Below are positions 1 through 10,363 of a DNA stretch of 64,000 bases, one piece after another. Source of the DNA: an uncultured Mycoplasmatota bacterium (GTDB lineage Bacteria; Bacillota_I; Bacilli_A; RF39; UBA660); the NCBI GenBank assembly GCA_947426265.1, contig CANEDJ010000001.1, positions 17,310-81,309 on the forward strand. Reading direction: 5' to 3'. Each line of letters opens with the position of its first letter. Within the stretch, counting starts at the first letter, position 1. The position numbers and the translations under genes were made by a program. Under the pieces are notes generated by a model. The model saw only the letters and a program-made list of their open reading frames with translations. It was not told the DNA's origin and did not search any database.

Positions 1-843
1 GAACAAATGGTACTTTCTTTTGTAAAATATCTATTATGTCCATCCCATAAAACGACTAATTTAGATTGTGGACAATGTACACAATGTCAAAAAATAGCTG
101 ATTTTAATTATATTGAATTAAAAATTGTAGAGCCAGATGGTCTTTGGATAAAGAAAGAGCAAATGGACGAGCTCCAAGAAGAATTTAGCAAAAAATCTTT
201 AGAAGGATTATATAAAATATATATTATTCATCAAGTAGAGCGACTAAATAAAGCAGCCGCTAATTCTTTGCTTAAATTTTTGGAGGAACCAGAGGCAGGG
301 ATTATAGCAATTTTAACAACAGGAAACATATTTCAAGTTTTAGAAACAATAAGAAGCCGCTGCCAAATCTTGTCTTTAACAAAAGAAAAAAAAGAGGAGA
401 TAGAAGAAACAACGATTTTGAGAGCAAAGATATATATTAAAAATAATATTTTTGAATTAGAACAAGAAGAGGAACAAGAAAAATATCATAATTTTATTCA
501 TAATGTAATTCATTTTATAGAATATGTTGAAAAAAAAGGAATTGATACATTGCTTTATACAAATAAATTATGGCACACAATGATAAAAGAAAAAGAGGAA
601 TTTTTATTAGCATTTGATATCATGATATTTTTTTATAATGATGTACTAAATATCAAATGTGGAAGAAATTTACATATTTTCTTTGATGAACAAACATTTA
701 TAAATGAATTAGCACTTAAAAATGAAATAGAACAAATATCTAAAAAAGTGAATATCATTATGGAATTGAAAAAGAAAATCAAAGTAAATATGAATAATAA
801 TCTTTTAATCGATAAATTAATATTAGAACTAACAAGGCGGTGA
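1..843 (+). CDS. holB: DNA polymerase III delta' subunit (clamp loader), 5'-truncated by window edge
   Basis: ORF runs into the window start. Has the clamp-loader sensor-2-like RSRCQIL motif. Sits directly upstream of ricT as in Bacillus. Confidence 0.65.
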   Translation, partial: EQMVLSFVKYLLCPSHKTTNLDCGQCTQCQKIADFNYIELKIVEPDGLWIKKEQMDELQEEFSKKSLEGLYKIYIIHQVERLNKAAANSLLKFLEEPEAGIIAILTTGNIFQVLETIRSRCQILSLTKEKKEEIEETTILRAKIYIKNNIFELEQEEEQEKYHNFIHNVIHFIEYVEKKGIDTLLYTNKLWHTMIKEKEEFLLAFDIMIFFYNDVLNIKCGRNLHIFFDEQTFINELALKNEIEQISKKVNIIMELKKKIKVNMNNNLLIDKLILELTRR

Positions 844-847
844 GAGA

Positions 848-1639
848 ATGATAGAAGTAGTAGGAATTTCATTTGAAGAAAAAGGTAGAATGTACTATTT
901 TTCACCAAATAATTTGAAACTAAAAAATAATATTACAGTAATAGTGGAAACAGACAAAGGAGAGCAGTTTGGAAAAGTAACAAAAGAAGCCTTTTCTATA
1001 GAAGAAAAAAAACTAATGTCTCCATTAAAAAACGTGGTTCGAATTGCCACCAAACAAGATTATTATGCAAATAAGAAAAACTTAAAAGATGCAGAAGAAG
1101 CACTCAAAAAATGTAGAGACTTAGCAATCAAAGAACATTTAAATATGCAGATTATAGATGCCCATTATACATTTGATAGAACACAACTTGTATTTCGTTT
1201 TTTAGCGGATGCGAGAGTTGATTTTAGAAATTTAGCAAAAGAGTTGGCTTCTATTTATAAAACTAGAATAGAATTACGGCAAGTGGGAGTACGTGACAAA
1301 GCAAAAGAAATTGGCGGAATCGGCCCATGTGGAAGACCTTTATGTTGCTCATGCTTTTTGAATGATTTTGAATCTGTTTCTATTAATATGGCAAAAAATC
1401 AAAATATCTCACTGAATCAAACAAAAATAAATGGTGCTTGTGGAAGATTATTATGTTGTTTAAAATATGAGGATGAAACCTATTCAGAATGTAGAAAGTG
1501 TTTACCTAAAATAGGAGAAATCATAGAGACAGAAGAAGGAAGAGGAAAAGTAGTGTCAGTTGATATTTTGAATAAAAAATATTCAGTGGAAATTTCAGGA
1601 ATTGGTGTAAGAGAAGAAGAAGTTTGTGGAAATCATTAA
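848..1639 (+). CDS. ricT: PSP1-domain regulator RicT (YaaT, stage 0 sporulation protein)
   Basis: Cys-rich CGRPLCC...CGRLLCC motifs typical of YaaT/PSP1. Synteny after holB. Confidence 0.75.
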   Translation: MIEVVGISFEEKGRMYYFSPNNLKLKNNITVIVETDKGEQFGKVTKEAFSIEEKKLMSPLKNVVRIATKQDYYANKKNLKDAEEALKKCRDLAIKEHLNMQIIDAHYTFDRTQLVFRFLADARVDFRNLAKELASIYKTRIELRQVGVRDKAKEIGGIGPCGRPLCCSCFLNDFESVSINMAKNQNISLNQTKINGACGRLLCCLKYEDETYSECRKCLPKIGEIIETEEGRGKVVSVDILNKKYSVEISGIGVREEEVCGNH

Positions 1640-2339
1640 TTATGTATTGGGTTATGAAAATTTAAAGATTATTCAAGATAGTGATAGTTTTCGATTTTCA
1701 ATTGATTCAATATTATTACCAAACTTTGTAACCATAAATAAAAATGTAAAAAAAATATTAGATATAGGAACAGGAAATGCACCAATCCCTCTTATTTTAT
1801 CGACAAAAACAGAAGCACAGATAATTGGAATAGAAATTCAAAAGAAGAGTGCTGAACTAGCTAGGAAATCAGTAGTATTAAATAATTTGGAAAATCAAAT
1901 TCAAATTATAGAGGATGATATTAGAAGTTATTCATTTGAAACAGACCAATATGATGTGATTACTTGTAATCCCCCTTTTTTTAAAGTATGCGAAAATTCT
2001 CATTTTAATGAAAAAGATGAGAAAACAATAGCACGTCATGAAGTAACATTAACTTTAGAAGATGTTTTAAGAGTAGCTCGAAAGTTATTAAAAAATGGTG
2101 GCGTTATCGCTTTGGTTCATAGACCTGAACGCTTGGTTGATATTTTAGTAGAAATGAGAAAGAATAATATTGAACCTAAAAAAATTCAATATGTATATCC
2201 AAATGCAAAAGAAAGTAGTCACATCCTATTAATAGAAGGAAAAAAGAATGGTAATTCTGGATTGAAAATTCTTCCCCCTTTATATGTACACCATAAAGAT
2301 GGAAGCTATACAGAAGAAGTAATGAAGTATTTTTCATAA
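1626..2339 (+). CDS. YabB-like SAM-dependent methyltransferase (tRNA adenine-N6 methyltransferase family)
   Basis: DIGTGNA SAM-binding motif and NPPF catalytic motif. Overlaps ricT 3' end by 14 nt. Confidence 0.6.
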   Translation: MEIINYVLGYENLKIIQDSDSFRFSIDSILLPNFVTINKNVKKILDIGTGNAPIPLILSTKTEAQIIGIEIQKKSAELARKSVVLNNLENQIQIIEDDIRSYSFETDQYDVITCNPPFFKVCENSHFNEKDEKTIARHEVTLTLEDVLRVARKLLKNGGVIALVHRPERLVDILVEMRKNNIEPKKIQYVYPNAKESSHILLIEGKKNGNSGLKILPPLYVHHKDGSYTEEVMKYFS

Positions 2340-2353
2340 GTGAGGTGAGAAAA

Positions 2354-3205
2354 ATGTCACAGAAAAGTTATGATAATAGTCCAACCTTATATTTGATTCC
2401 AACTCCTATTGGGAACATGGACGATATTACACTTAGAACGATTAAAATATTACAGTTTGTAGATGTTATATTTTCAGAAGATACAAGAGTAACAGGACAA
2501 TTATTAAAAAGTTTAAATATAAAAAAGCCTTTAATCGCAAATCATGAACATAATGAAAGACAAAATAGTGAGAAGTTAATACAATTTTTAAAAGAAGGAA
2601 AAAATGTTGGACTAGCGAGTGATAGAGGAACTCCTATTATTAGTGACCCTGGATATGCTTTATCAAAAATAGCAATAGAAGCAGGATATAATGTAGTATC
2701 TCTTCCAGGAGCAACAGCTCTTATTCCAGCCCTCACTTCATCTGGGATAGAACCAAATCCATTTTTGTTTTATGGATTTTTAAGCAGTAAAGAAAGTAAA
2801 AGAAAAAAAGAACTCGAAAATTTAAAAGATTTTCCTTATACATTGATTTTTTATGAAGCACCACATCGAATAAAAGATACTCTTCAAAATATATCTCATA
2901 TTTTTGGAGAACGAAATATCAGCATTTCAAGAGAAATAACAAAAAAATTTGAAGAAGTTTATCGTGGAACGATTAGTGAGGTGTTACTAGAAATAGAAGA
3001 TGCCAAAGGAGAAATGGTATTAGTAGTTACTGGAAATCATGATGAAAAAAATTATGATTCTTTATCTATTATAGACCATGTTAATATTTATTTAACACAA
3101 GGTTATAATACAAAAGAAGCAATAAAAAAAGTAGCGAAAGATAGAAATGTAAAAACGAGTGAAATATATAATGAGTATCATGGGATAAAGCAGGTGGACT
3201 TATGA
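2354..3205 (+). CDS. rsmI: 16S rRNA (cytidine1402-2'-O)-methyltransferase RsmI
   Basis: LYLIPTPIGN and FSEDTR motifs of the tetrapyrrole-methylase-fold RsmI family. ATG at 2354 follows GAGGTGAG. Confidence 0.8.
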   Translation: MSQKSYDNSPTLYLIPTPIGNMDDITLRTIKILQFVDVIFSEDTRVTGQLLKSLNIKKPLIANHEHNERQNSEKLIQFLKEGKNVGLASDRGTPIISDPGYALSKIAIEAGYNVVSLPGATALIPALTSSGIEPNPFLFYGFLSSKESKRKKELENLKDFPYTLIFYEAPHRIKDTLQNISHIFGERNISISREITKKFEEVYRGTISEVLLEIEDAKGEMVLVVTGNHDEKNYDSLSIIDHVNIYLTQGYNTKEAIKKVAKDRNVKTSEIYNEYHGIKQVDL

Positions 3206-3762
3206 AAATGATAGTAGGATTAGGAAATCCAGGAAAAGAATATGAAAATACACGACACAATGTTGGCTTTATGGCAATTGATAAAATTGCTTTAAAAAAT
3301 CATGTTACCTTGAACTCAAAAAAAGGAAATGGGATTTATACAATTTTTGAAAAAGAAGATGAAAAAATATTATTATTAAAACCGCTTACCTATATGAACC
3401 TATCTGGGGAAGCTGTGAAAGCATTGATGCAATATTATAAAATAGCAGTATCAGATATATTAATCATCAGTGATGATTTAGATATGCCAACTGGGAAAAT
3501 TAAGTTGAAATATAAAGGAAGCTCAGGGGGCCATAATGGACTAAAAAACATAGAACAACATTTAAAAACACAAGAATATAAAAGACTAAAAATAGGAATT
3601 TCAAATAATAAAAATTATGATACAAAAGATTATGTATTAGGAAGATTTTCAATAGAAGAAAAGGAAAAAATAGATAGTGTACTAAATACAGTAATTGATA
3701 TTTTTGACGATTTCTGTATAAATTCTTTTGAAAACGTCATGAATAAATATAATAAAAAATAG
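3202..3762 (+). CDS. pth: peptidyl-tRNA hydrolase
   Basis: MIVGLGNPG...YENTRHNVGF N-terminus. 4-nt overlap with rsmI stop. Confidence 0.9.
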   Translation: MKMIVGLGNPGKEYENTRHNVGFMAIDKIALKNHVTLNSKKGNGIYTIFEKEDEKILLLKPLTYMNLSGEAVKALMQYYKIAVSDILIISDDLDMPTGKIKLKYKGSSGGHNGLKNIEQHLKTQEYKRLKIGISNNKNYDTKDYVLGRFSIEEKEKIDSVLNTVIDIFDDFCINSFENVMNKYNKK

Positions 3763-3808
3763 TTGTGATACAAATGTGTCACTTTTTTGGCGTATAGGAG
3801 GCAATTAT

Positions 3809-6800
3809 ATGAAACTTTTTCATTCCTTGTTCCCAAATGTTCAAACATCTGGAGAAATTACAGGATTAACCCAAGAATTAAAAATGATATATTTATATCA
3901 ATTGTGGAATCTAAAAAAAAGAAATATTTTACTTGTAGCCAATAGTTTGTATGAAGCAAATAGGTGTTATCAAAGATTAAGTAAATATACAGAAGAAGTA
4001 TATTTTTTTCCAATGGATGATTTTCTTACGAGTGAAGCCTTGGCTATTAGTCCAGAATTTAAAGTAACAAGATTAGAAACATTAAATCATTTCATATCAA
4101 AAAATAATGGAATTATTGTAACCAATTTAATGGGTTTTTTACGTTTTCTTCCCTCTAAAGAAACATATAAAAAGGCCAGAATAAAAATGCATGTTCATGA
4201 CCAAATTGATATGCATCAAGTGATAGAACAATTATTAAGACTTGGATATATCAAGGAAACGATTGTCAATAAAACAGGAGAAATTGCGATAAGAGGTTTT
4301 GTTTTAGACATATTTCCATTAGGAGCAAGTCATCCAATTCGAATCGAACTGTGGGGAGATGAAATTGATTCTATTAGAGAATTTGATGTTGATAGCCAGC
4401 TAACCATTACAGAAATAGAAGAAATCGAGATAACTTCAAATACAGAGTTTTTAATCGATGAGATTTTAGATATAGAACCAAAACAAAGAGAATTGGGAAA
4501 TTATATACAGCCTTCAATGCTATTGGACTTTGTAGAAAGTCCTATATTGGTGTTTGAAAATTATGAAGATGTTAAGAGAGGTTATCAAACATTATCAGAA
4601 GAAATATTTGAATATCAAAATAATAATCATGAAAAATATCCTTATATGCATTCTTTAGAAAATATAAAAGCAAATGATATATTATATTTAAACAACTTTG
4701 ATAATCAAATCAATGGAGAAAATAAAAGAGAACAATTTCACTCACAGGAGCTAGAAATATTACATGGAGCAAGCGAGAAAGTAAAAGCAGAAATATTAAA
4801 ATATAGAAAGAAAACAATTATTATTTGTGTATCGAATCGTTATCAAGTTAATAAATTACTAGAAGAATGGAATGATATTTCAATTGCTTTTACTTCAATA
4901 AATGAAATAGTAGAGAATGCGATTAATATAGTAATCTATCCAATAACGCAGGGATTTCTATTTAAAGAGTATGTGGTTATTAGTGAACGAGAATTATTTG
5001 CGAAACAAGATTATTCTAGTAAATATAAAAGTAACTTTAAAATAGGAACAAAAATAAAAAATTTATCCAGTCTAGAAGAAGGAGACTATGTAGTTCATGT
5101 CGCCCATGGAATTGGAAAATATTGTGGATTAAAAACATTAGTAAAAAATGGTTTTAAAAAAGATTATTTGAATATTGAATATAAAGATGGCGACCATTTA
5201 TATGTACCAGTAGAAAAGATAGAATTTATTCATAAATATTCATCTAAAGATACAGCAATGCCAAAACTGAGTAAATTAGGCGGAACAGAATGGCAGAAGA
5301 AAAAATTAAAGGCAAGAGAACGAGCGGAAAGTATCGCAGGAGAGTTATTAGAACTTTATTCTTCAAGAGAATCCATAGAAGGTTTTGCATTTGAAGAAGA
5401 TTCAAAAGAACAATTGGAATTTGAAAAAGAATTTCCATATCAAGAAACATTAGACCAAATAAAAGTATCTACAGAAATCAAAAAGGATATGGAAAAACCA
5501 CATCCTATGGATAGACTACTATGTGGAGATGTTGGTTATGGAAAAACAGAAGTAGCATTTCGTGCCATTTTTAAAGCAATTCATTCAGGAAAACAAGTAG
5601 CATTTCTTTGTCCAACGACCATATTATCAGGGCAACATTATAGAAATGCAATAGAACGCTATCAAAATTATCCGTTTAATATTTGTCTTCTAAATCGATT
5701 CGTCAAGCCAAAACAATTGAAAGAAAATTTAAAGAAAATAGAAGAAGGAAAAATAGATTTGGTCATAGGGACACATCGTTTATTAAGTGATGATGTAAAA
5801 TTTAAAGATTTGGGATTATTGGTCATTGATGAAGAACAGAGGTTTGGAGTAAAACATAAAGAAAAGATAAAGCAGTACAAAAATAATATTGATGTATTAA
5901 CTTTATCAGCAACTCCAATTCCAAGAACCCTTCAAATGTCAATCGCTGGGATTAGAAGTATGTCTTTAATAGAAACACCTCCAGTAAATCGTTATCCTGT
6001 TCAGACTTATGTATTAGCAGAAAATGCGCAAATGATAAAAGATGCTGTTTATAAAGAATTAGGGAGAAATGGACAAGTTTTTATCTTATATAATCATATT
6101 GAAAGTATGGAAAGAAAAGAGCAAGAAATAAAACAATTGATACCAGAGGCTAGAATAATCAGTGTGCATGGTCAGATGGATAAAAATGATATGGAAGATA
6201 AAATTCTGGATTTTATAAATCAAAAGTATGACATTTTATTATGTACAACAATTATTGAAACAGGAATTGATATGCCAAATGTGAATACATTAATCATTTT
6301 AGAAGCAGATTACTTTGGCTTATCACAACTTTATCAAATTAGAGGAAGAGTAGGAAGAAGTAATAAAATTGCTTATTGTTATTTGATGTATACTCCAGGA
6401 AAAAGTTTGTCTGAAATAGCAACCAAACGATTAACAGTCATTAAAGATTTTACAGAATTAGGAAGTGGATTTTCAATTGCCATGAGAGATTTATCAATAC
6501 GTGGAGCAGGGGACGTATTAGGGAGTGAACAAGCTGGCTTTATTGATACTGTAGGAATAGATTTGTTTTTAGAAATGTTAAACGAAGCAGTAGAAAAGAA
6601 AAAGGGAAATATAATTGAAGAAAAGAAAGAAGAAGAACAACCATTACTAGATGTAGAAACAGCAATAGATAATGATTATGTTTCAGATACTGAATTAAAA
6701 ATTGAAATTCATCAAAAAGTAAATCAAATTAATTCAAAAGAAAAACTTTTGGAAGTTAAAAAAGAAATAGAAGATAGATTTGGTAAAATTTCTGATTCAT

Positions 6801-7087
6801 TAGAAATTTATATGTATGAACAGTGGTTTGAAAAATTAGCTCATCAATTAGATATAGAAAATGTGAAGCAAACAAAAAATTCTATTGAATTAATTTTGAA
6901 TCCTAAAAAAATGAAATTAATAGATGGAGAAAAATTATTTTTAAAAGCTTCTGAATTGTCAAGGTCAATTCGTTTTAGTAGTCGTTTTTCAAGATTAGTA
7001 ATCACTTTAGATATTGTTCATTTGGATAAACATTATATTTATTATTTAATAGAACTTTTAGAAATTTTAGAAAAATGCCAATCGTAA
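3809..7087 (+). CDS. mfd: transcription-repair coupling factor Mfd
   Basis: About 1090 aa. Superfamily 2 helicase motifs (GDVGYGKTEVA, DEEQRFG), a TRG-like region and a C-terminal D7-like domain. ATG at 3809 after AGGAGG at 3796. Confidence 0.9.
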   Translation: MKLFHSLFPNVQTSGEITGLTQELKMIYLYQLWNLKKRNILLVANSLYEANRCYQRLSKYTEEVYFFPMDDFLTSEALAISPEFKVTRLETLNHFISKNNGIIVTNLMGFLRFLPSKETYKKARIKMHVHDQIDMHQVIEQLLRLGYIKETIVNKTGEIAIRGFVLDIFPLGASHPIRIELWGDEIDSIREFDVDSQLTITEIEEIEITSNTEFLIDEILDIEPKQRELGNYIQPSMLLDFVESPILVFENYEDVKRGYQTLSEEIFEYQNNNHEKYPYMHSLENIKANDILYLNNFDNQINGENKREQFHSQELEILHGASEKVKAEILKYRKKTIIICVSNRYQVNKLLEEWNDISIAFTSINEIVENAINIVIYPITQGFLFKEYVVISERELFAKQDYSSKYKSNFKIGTKIKNLSSLEEGDYVVHVAHGIGKYCGLKTLVKNGFKKDYLNIEYKDGDHLYVPVEKIEFIHKYSSKDTAMPKLSKLGGTEWQKKKLKARERAESIAGELLELYSSRESIEGFAFEEDSKEQLEFEKEFPYQETLDQIKVSTEIKKDMEKPHPMDRLLCGDVGYGKTEVAFRAIFKAIHSGKQVAFLCPTTILSGQHYRNAIERYQNYPFNICLLNRFVKPKQLKENLKKIEEGKIDLVIGTHRLLSDDVKFKDLGLLVIDEEQRFGVKHKEKIKQYKNNIDVLTLSATPIPRTLQMSIAGIRSMSLIETPPVNRYPVQTYVLAENAQMIKDAVYKELGRNGQVFILYNHIESMERKEQEIKQLIPEARIISVHGQMDKNDMEDKILDFINQKYDILLCTTIIETGIDMPNVNTLIILEADYFGLSQLYQIRGRVGRSNKIAYCYLMYTPGKSLSEIATKRLTVIKDFTELGSGFSIAMRDLSIRGAGDVLGSEQAGFIDTVGIDLFLEMLNEAVEKKKGNIIEEKKEEEQPLLDVETAIDNDYVSDTELKIEIHQKVNQINSKEKLLEVKKEIEDRFGKISDSLEIYMYEQWFEKLAHQLDIENVKQTKNSIELILNPKKMKLIDGEKLFLKASELSRSIRFSSRFSRLVITLDIVHLDKHYIYYLIELLEILEKCQS

Positions 7088-7168
7088 TTTTATGAAAATG
7101 TTACTATTTAAAGTTAAATAATATAGAAATATGTATATTTATATTTTTCTTCTAAAATGAAAGAATTA

Positions 7169-7177
7169 TGATATAAT
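7169..7177 (+). promoter_or_regulatory. extended -10 element TGaTATAAT upstream of lipoprotein gene
   Basis: TG at 7169-7170 and TATAAT at 7172-7177. No strong -35. Confidence 0.35.
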
Positions 7178-7221
7178 AGTGATAACAAACTGTTATAGTT
7201 GGTTTAGTAAGGAGTGAAAAA

Positions 7222-7752
7222 ATGAAAAAACTACTACAAATGGGATTGTGCTGTTTATGCTGTGTTGGATTTTTATGTGGATGTGATAGTAATGACACTG
7301 ATACAAAAAATCCTGGTAAAGACAATAACCAAGAAACGGAGAATAAGGATAAAGAAAAAGAAAAATACGCCTTGGGAAAAGCTTTTAAGTTTGATGATTT
7401 AGAAATTACAATTGGAAGCGAATTTACATATGCAATTGTTGACAATAAATATTCTGACCATCATCAAAAAGAAGTTATTAAAATTCCTGTAACTGTGAAA
7501 AATTTATCAGAAGAAACTCATGGATTAAATATGTTTTACTATGATTTTTATGGTTCTAAGGGAACTGAGCTAGATTCAGTATCTGCTTATTTCTCAGAAG
7601 ATAGTGTAGATTTTGCTGGAGATTTAAGAACAGACGCATCATATACAAAGTATTTCTATGTATTATATGATGGAGATGGAACATATACAATTGAATTTAA
7701 TGATTTTAGTGAAAAAATCAGTATTGATTTTGAAGTAAAAAAAGCACAATAA
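7222..7752 (+). CDS. lipoprotein, DUF4352-like
   Basis: Signal peptide with lipobox LCGC. Asp/Lys-rich linker and a beta-rich C-terminal domain. Confidence 0.5.
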   Translation: MKKLLQMGLCCLCCVGFLCGCDSNDTDTKNPGKDNNQETENKDKEKEKYALGKAFKFDDLEITIGSEFTYAIVDNKYSDHHQKEVIKIPVTVKNLSEETHGLNMFYYDFYGSKGTELDSVSAYFSEDSVDFAGDLRTDASYTKYFYVLYDGDGTYTIEFNDFSEKISIDFEVKKAQ

Positions 7753-7754
7753 AG

Positions 7755-7786
7755 AAAAAAGTTGGATTTTCCAACTTTTTATTTTG
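7755..7786. terminator. bidirectional rho-independent terminator between convergent genes
   Basis: Stem aaaagttgga/tccaactttt with A-run upstream and T-run downstream. Overlaps the stop codon of the minus-strand pyrophosphatase gene. Confidence 0.55.
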
Positions 7787-9401
7787 CTTCATATTGTGCC
7801 ATAATATTTGGAACAACTTGTTTTTTACGAGAAACAATATTTGGTAAATAAGTTCCCTCTTGAATGGTTCTAAGTCCATATGCAGAACGAAGTAAACTAG
7901 CTCCTTCATTACTATATAAAATATAAGAACCATTTTCAATAATATCAGTTATAAATAGAGCTGTAAAATAATAATCATTCTCCATAGAAACTTGGTTTAA
8001 TAAATCAACATAAGCATCTTTGTTAGATAAAATTTCTTCAGCATTGGTTGTTGTAATTTGACCAATTCCCATTTTTCTATCCCCTAATGGAAAAATTTTA
8101 AAGTCTGTATAAAGGACTTCATAAGGTGTTTTTCCTTTTATACTAGAACCAGCTTTTAACATATTAATTCCATATTCTTTATAATCTATTCCTATTAAAT
8201 TACTTAATTCAGTAACAACACTTCTATCAAGATCTGTTGTTGTAGGTGATTTTAAAATAAGCGTATCAGATAAAATTCCAGATAACATTAATCCTGCCAT
8301 TTGTTTTGGAATTGGAATTAGATTTTCATTGTAAAGCTGATATATAATTGTATTTGTACTACCTACTGGCATATTTCTAAAGTTAATAGGCATAGATGTT
8401 CCAATTGTTCCAATATTATGGTGGTCTATAATTTCCATAATTTCCGCTTCTTCTAAACCAACAACACTTTGGTCATAAGAATTATGGTCAACTAAAATAA
8501 CTTTGTGACGTTTTACTTCGTTTGCATCTGAAAGTCTTAACATTCCTAAACATTTTTCATCCCTATTGATAACAGGATAATAGCTATATTTCGTTTGATT
8601 AGCTATAGAAATAAATTCCTTGACATCATCTAATTCTTGAATGCACAAAACATTTTTAACAGATACAATTTCACTTGCATATTTACATAAATTAAAAATT
8701 CTGGTTACTTTAAATGTGTCATAATCGGTTTTAATGATATTAACCTTATTTGCTTTTGCAATTTCAACATGTTCAGGTTTAATATTAGAACCTCCTGTTA
8801 AAATAATTAAACGAGCCTTATTGTTGACTGCATATTCAATAACGCTATGTCGATCTCCCATAATAACAATACTAGAGCGGTCTATTTTTATTGTTTCAAT
8901 AATTGTTGTACTTTTATATGATGCAACAAAAGCTTCCCCTTCTATTTCTTCATCAAAACGAGTAAGTGCAGTTCCATTTAAAACTTCTAAAATATTATCA
9001 TAAGAAGCTTTTAAATGATGTAATTCATTGGATAATTGGTCTTCTGCGATATCACCCATACTCAGAATTCCAACTAAATGTTGTGCTTCATCAACAACTG
9101 GAATTTTGTGAATTTTTGCATTTGTCATTGCCAAGAATCCTTGATAGACAGAAGTTTTATCTGTGATGAAATATTTTTTTGAATAATTTAAATCTTTGAC
9201 TTTTACTTTTACATCGTTTAGATATTTTGGGATATCCACTTTAAAATAATCTAACGCATATTTTGTTTCATTGTTTATTTCACTTAATACGACAGGTACT
9301 GCATTTATTCCTAATTGGTTTTTTAAGTAAGAAAGGGTAATCGCTGCGGTGACACTGTCAGTATCTGGTCTTCTATGACCAAAAACGTAAACTTTTTCCA
9401 T
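7779..9401 (-). CDS. ppaC: family II (DHH/DHHA2) inorganic pyrophosphatase with inserted CBS domains
   Basis: N-terminal FGHRRPDTDS DHH motif, a central CBS pair, and a C-terminal DHHA2 region. AAGGAGGAG RBS 6 nt before the ATG. Confidence 0.7.
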   Translation of the reverse strand: MEKVYVFGHRRPDTDSVTAAITLSYLKNQLGINAVPVVLSEINNETKYALDYFKVDIPKYLNDVKVKVKDLNYSKKYFITDKTSVYQGFLAMTNAKIHKIPVVDEAQHLVGILSMGDIAEDQLSNELHHLKASYDNILEVLNGTALTRFDEEIEGEAFVASYKSTTIIETIKIDRSSIVIMGDRHSVIEYAVNNKARLIILTGGSNIKPEHVEIAKANKVNIIKTDYDTFKVTRIFNLCKYASEIVSVKNVLCIQELDDVKEFISIANQTKYSYYPVINRDEKCLGMLRLSDANEVKRHKVILVDHNSYDQSVVGLEEAEIMEIIDHHNIGTIGTSMPINFRNMPVGSTNTIIYQLYNENLIPIPKQMAGLMLSGILSDTLILKSPTTTDLDRSVVTELSNLIGIDYKEYGINMLKAGSSIKGKTPYEVLYTDFKIFPLGDRKMGIGQITTTNAEEILSNKDAYVDLLNQVSMENDYYFTALFITDIIENGSYILYSNEGASLLRSAYGLRTIQEGTYLPNIVSRKKQVVPNIMAQYEAK

Positions 9402-9506
9402 AAACTCCTCCTTAAAATCCGTATATACGATTATACCATATTTTTGAAAAAGTGTCGTATAAAATTGTTATTTCATCACAAAATATGGTTAGAAAGTGAG
9501 GGAAAT

Positions 9507-10034
9507 ATGAAAGCAACTGGTGTTGTAAGAAGAATTGATGAATTAGGTAGAATTGTGATACCAAAAGAGATCAGGAAAACATTACGTATTAAAGAGGGTG
9601 AAAATCTAGAAATTTATATAGATAATGAATCCATTATATTAAAAAAATATTCTTCTATTCATAGTTTAGATGAATTTGCCCAAAAACTAACAGATACAAT
9701 TTCTAATTTACTAAAGAAAAATATAATAATTACAGATAGTGATAGTATAGTCGCTATATCAGGAGAACTGAAAAAGAAATATTTGGGACAGAAAATAAGT
9801 GATGAATTAGAAACGATAATAAAGAAAAGAAGTCAAATATTGGAAAAAAACATAAAATCAATTAAAATATCGGAAATAGAAGAAACTGGGAGTTATACAT
9901 ATGCCCCTATTATAGCAAATGGAGATGCCTTAGGGATTGTACTCATATTATCAAAAACAGAAACGTTGTCTGAAGCAGAAGAACAAATAGTTAAAATAGT
10001 TGCTAATTTTCTAGCGAAACATCTTGAACAATAA
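9507..10034 (+). CDS. spoVT: SpoVT/AbrB-family transcriptional regulator (AbrB-N swapped-hairpin plus GAF-like C-terminal domain)
   Basis: MKATGVVRRIDELGRIVIPKEIRKTL N-terminus. 176 aa matches SpoVT rather than the 94-aa AbrB. Confidence 0.65.
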   Translation: MKATGVVRRIDELGRIVIPKEIRKTLRIKEGENLEIYIDNESIILKKYSSIHSLDEFAQKLTDTISNLLKKNIIITDSDSIVAISGELKKKYLGQKISDELETIIKKRSQILEKNIKSIKISEIEETGSYTYAPIIANGDALGIVLILSKTETLSEAEEQIVKIVANFLAKHLEQ

Positions 10035-10065
10035 TAGAAAACATGATATAATGACCTCGTTTTAA

Positions 10066-10307
10066 AAACTTTGAAAGAGAGAATACTAGCAATTATTCAA
10101 AGAGAACTTACATTTGGTGAAAGTAGGTAATAGGAACTAGTACGAATGGCTCTGGAGTTGTTTATCTGAATTTTTTAGGATAAACCGCGATTTGCGTTAC
10201 AAAAGCAAGGTAAAATAAGTATGTGTAGTTCTTACAAGAAAAGCTTATTTTATAAAAAAAGGTGGTACCACGTTATCCCACGTCCTTTTATTTGGACGTG
10301 TTTTTTT
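10066..10307 (+). ncRNA. T-box leader (probable Met specifier) with intrinsic terminator/antiterminator
   Basis: AGAGAGA and AGTA stem I elements. Candidate AUG-G specifier at 10146-10149. T-box sequence aaaaaaGGTGGTACCACG at 10255-10272. Terminator cacgtcc/ggacgtg plus T7 at 10279-10307. Confidence 0.6.
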
Positions 10308-10363
10308 CTTTTTTGAAAGATTTTTAAGACGAATTTCGTATAATAAAAGTGGAGGTATGATGA

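Noticed and set aside
633-908. Minus-strand ORFs embedded in genes (633-908, 2542-2736, 31566-31955, 32598-33011, 37720-38160, 10577-10951 and similar)
   Set aside because: They lie antisense within conserved coding genes, lack an RBS and have biased low-complexity translations. These are typical spurious ORFs in AT-rich DNA.
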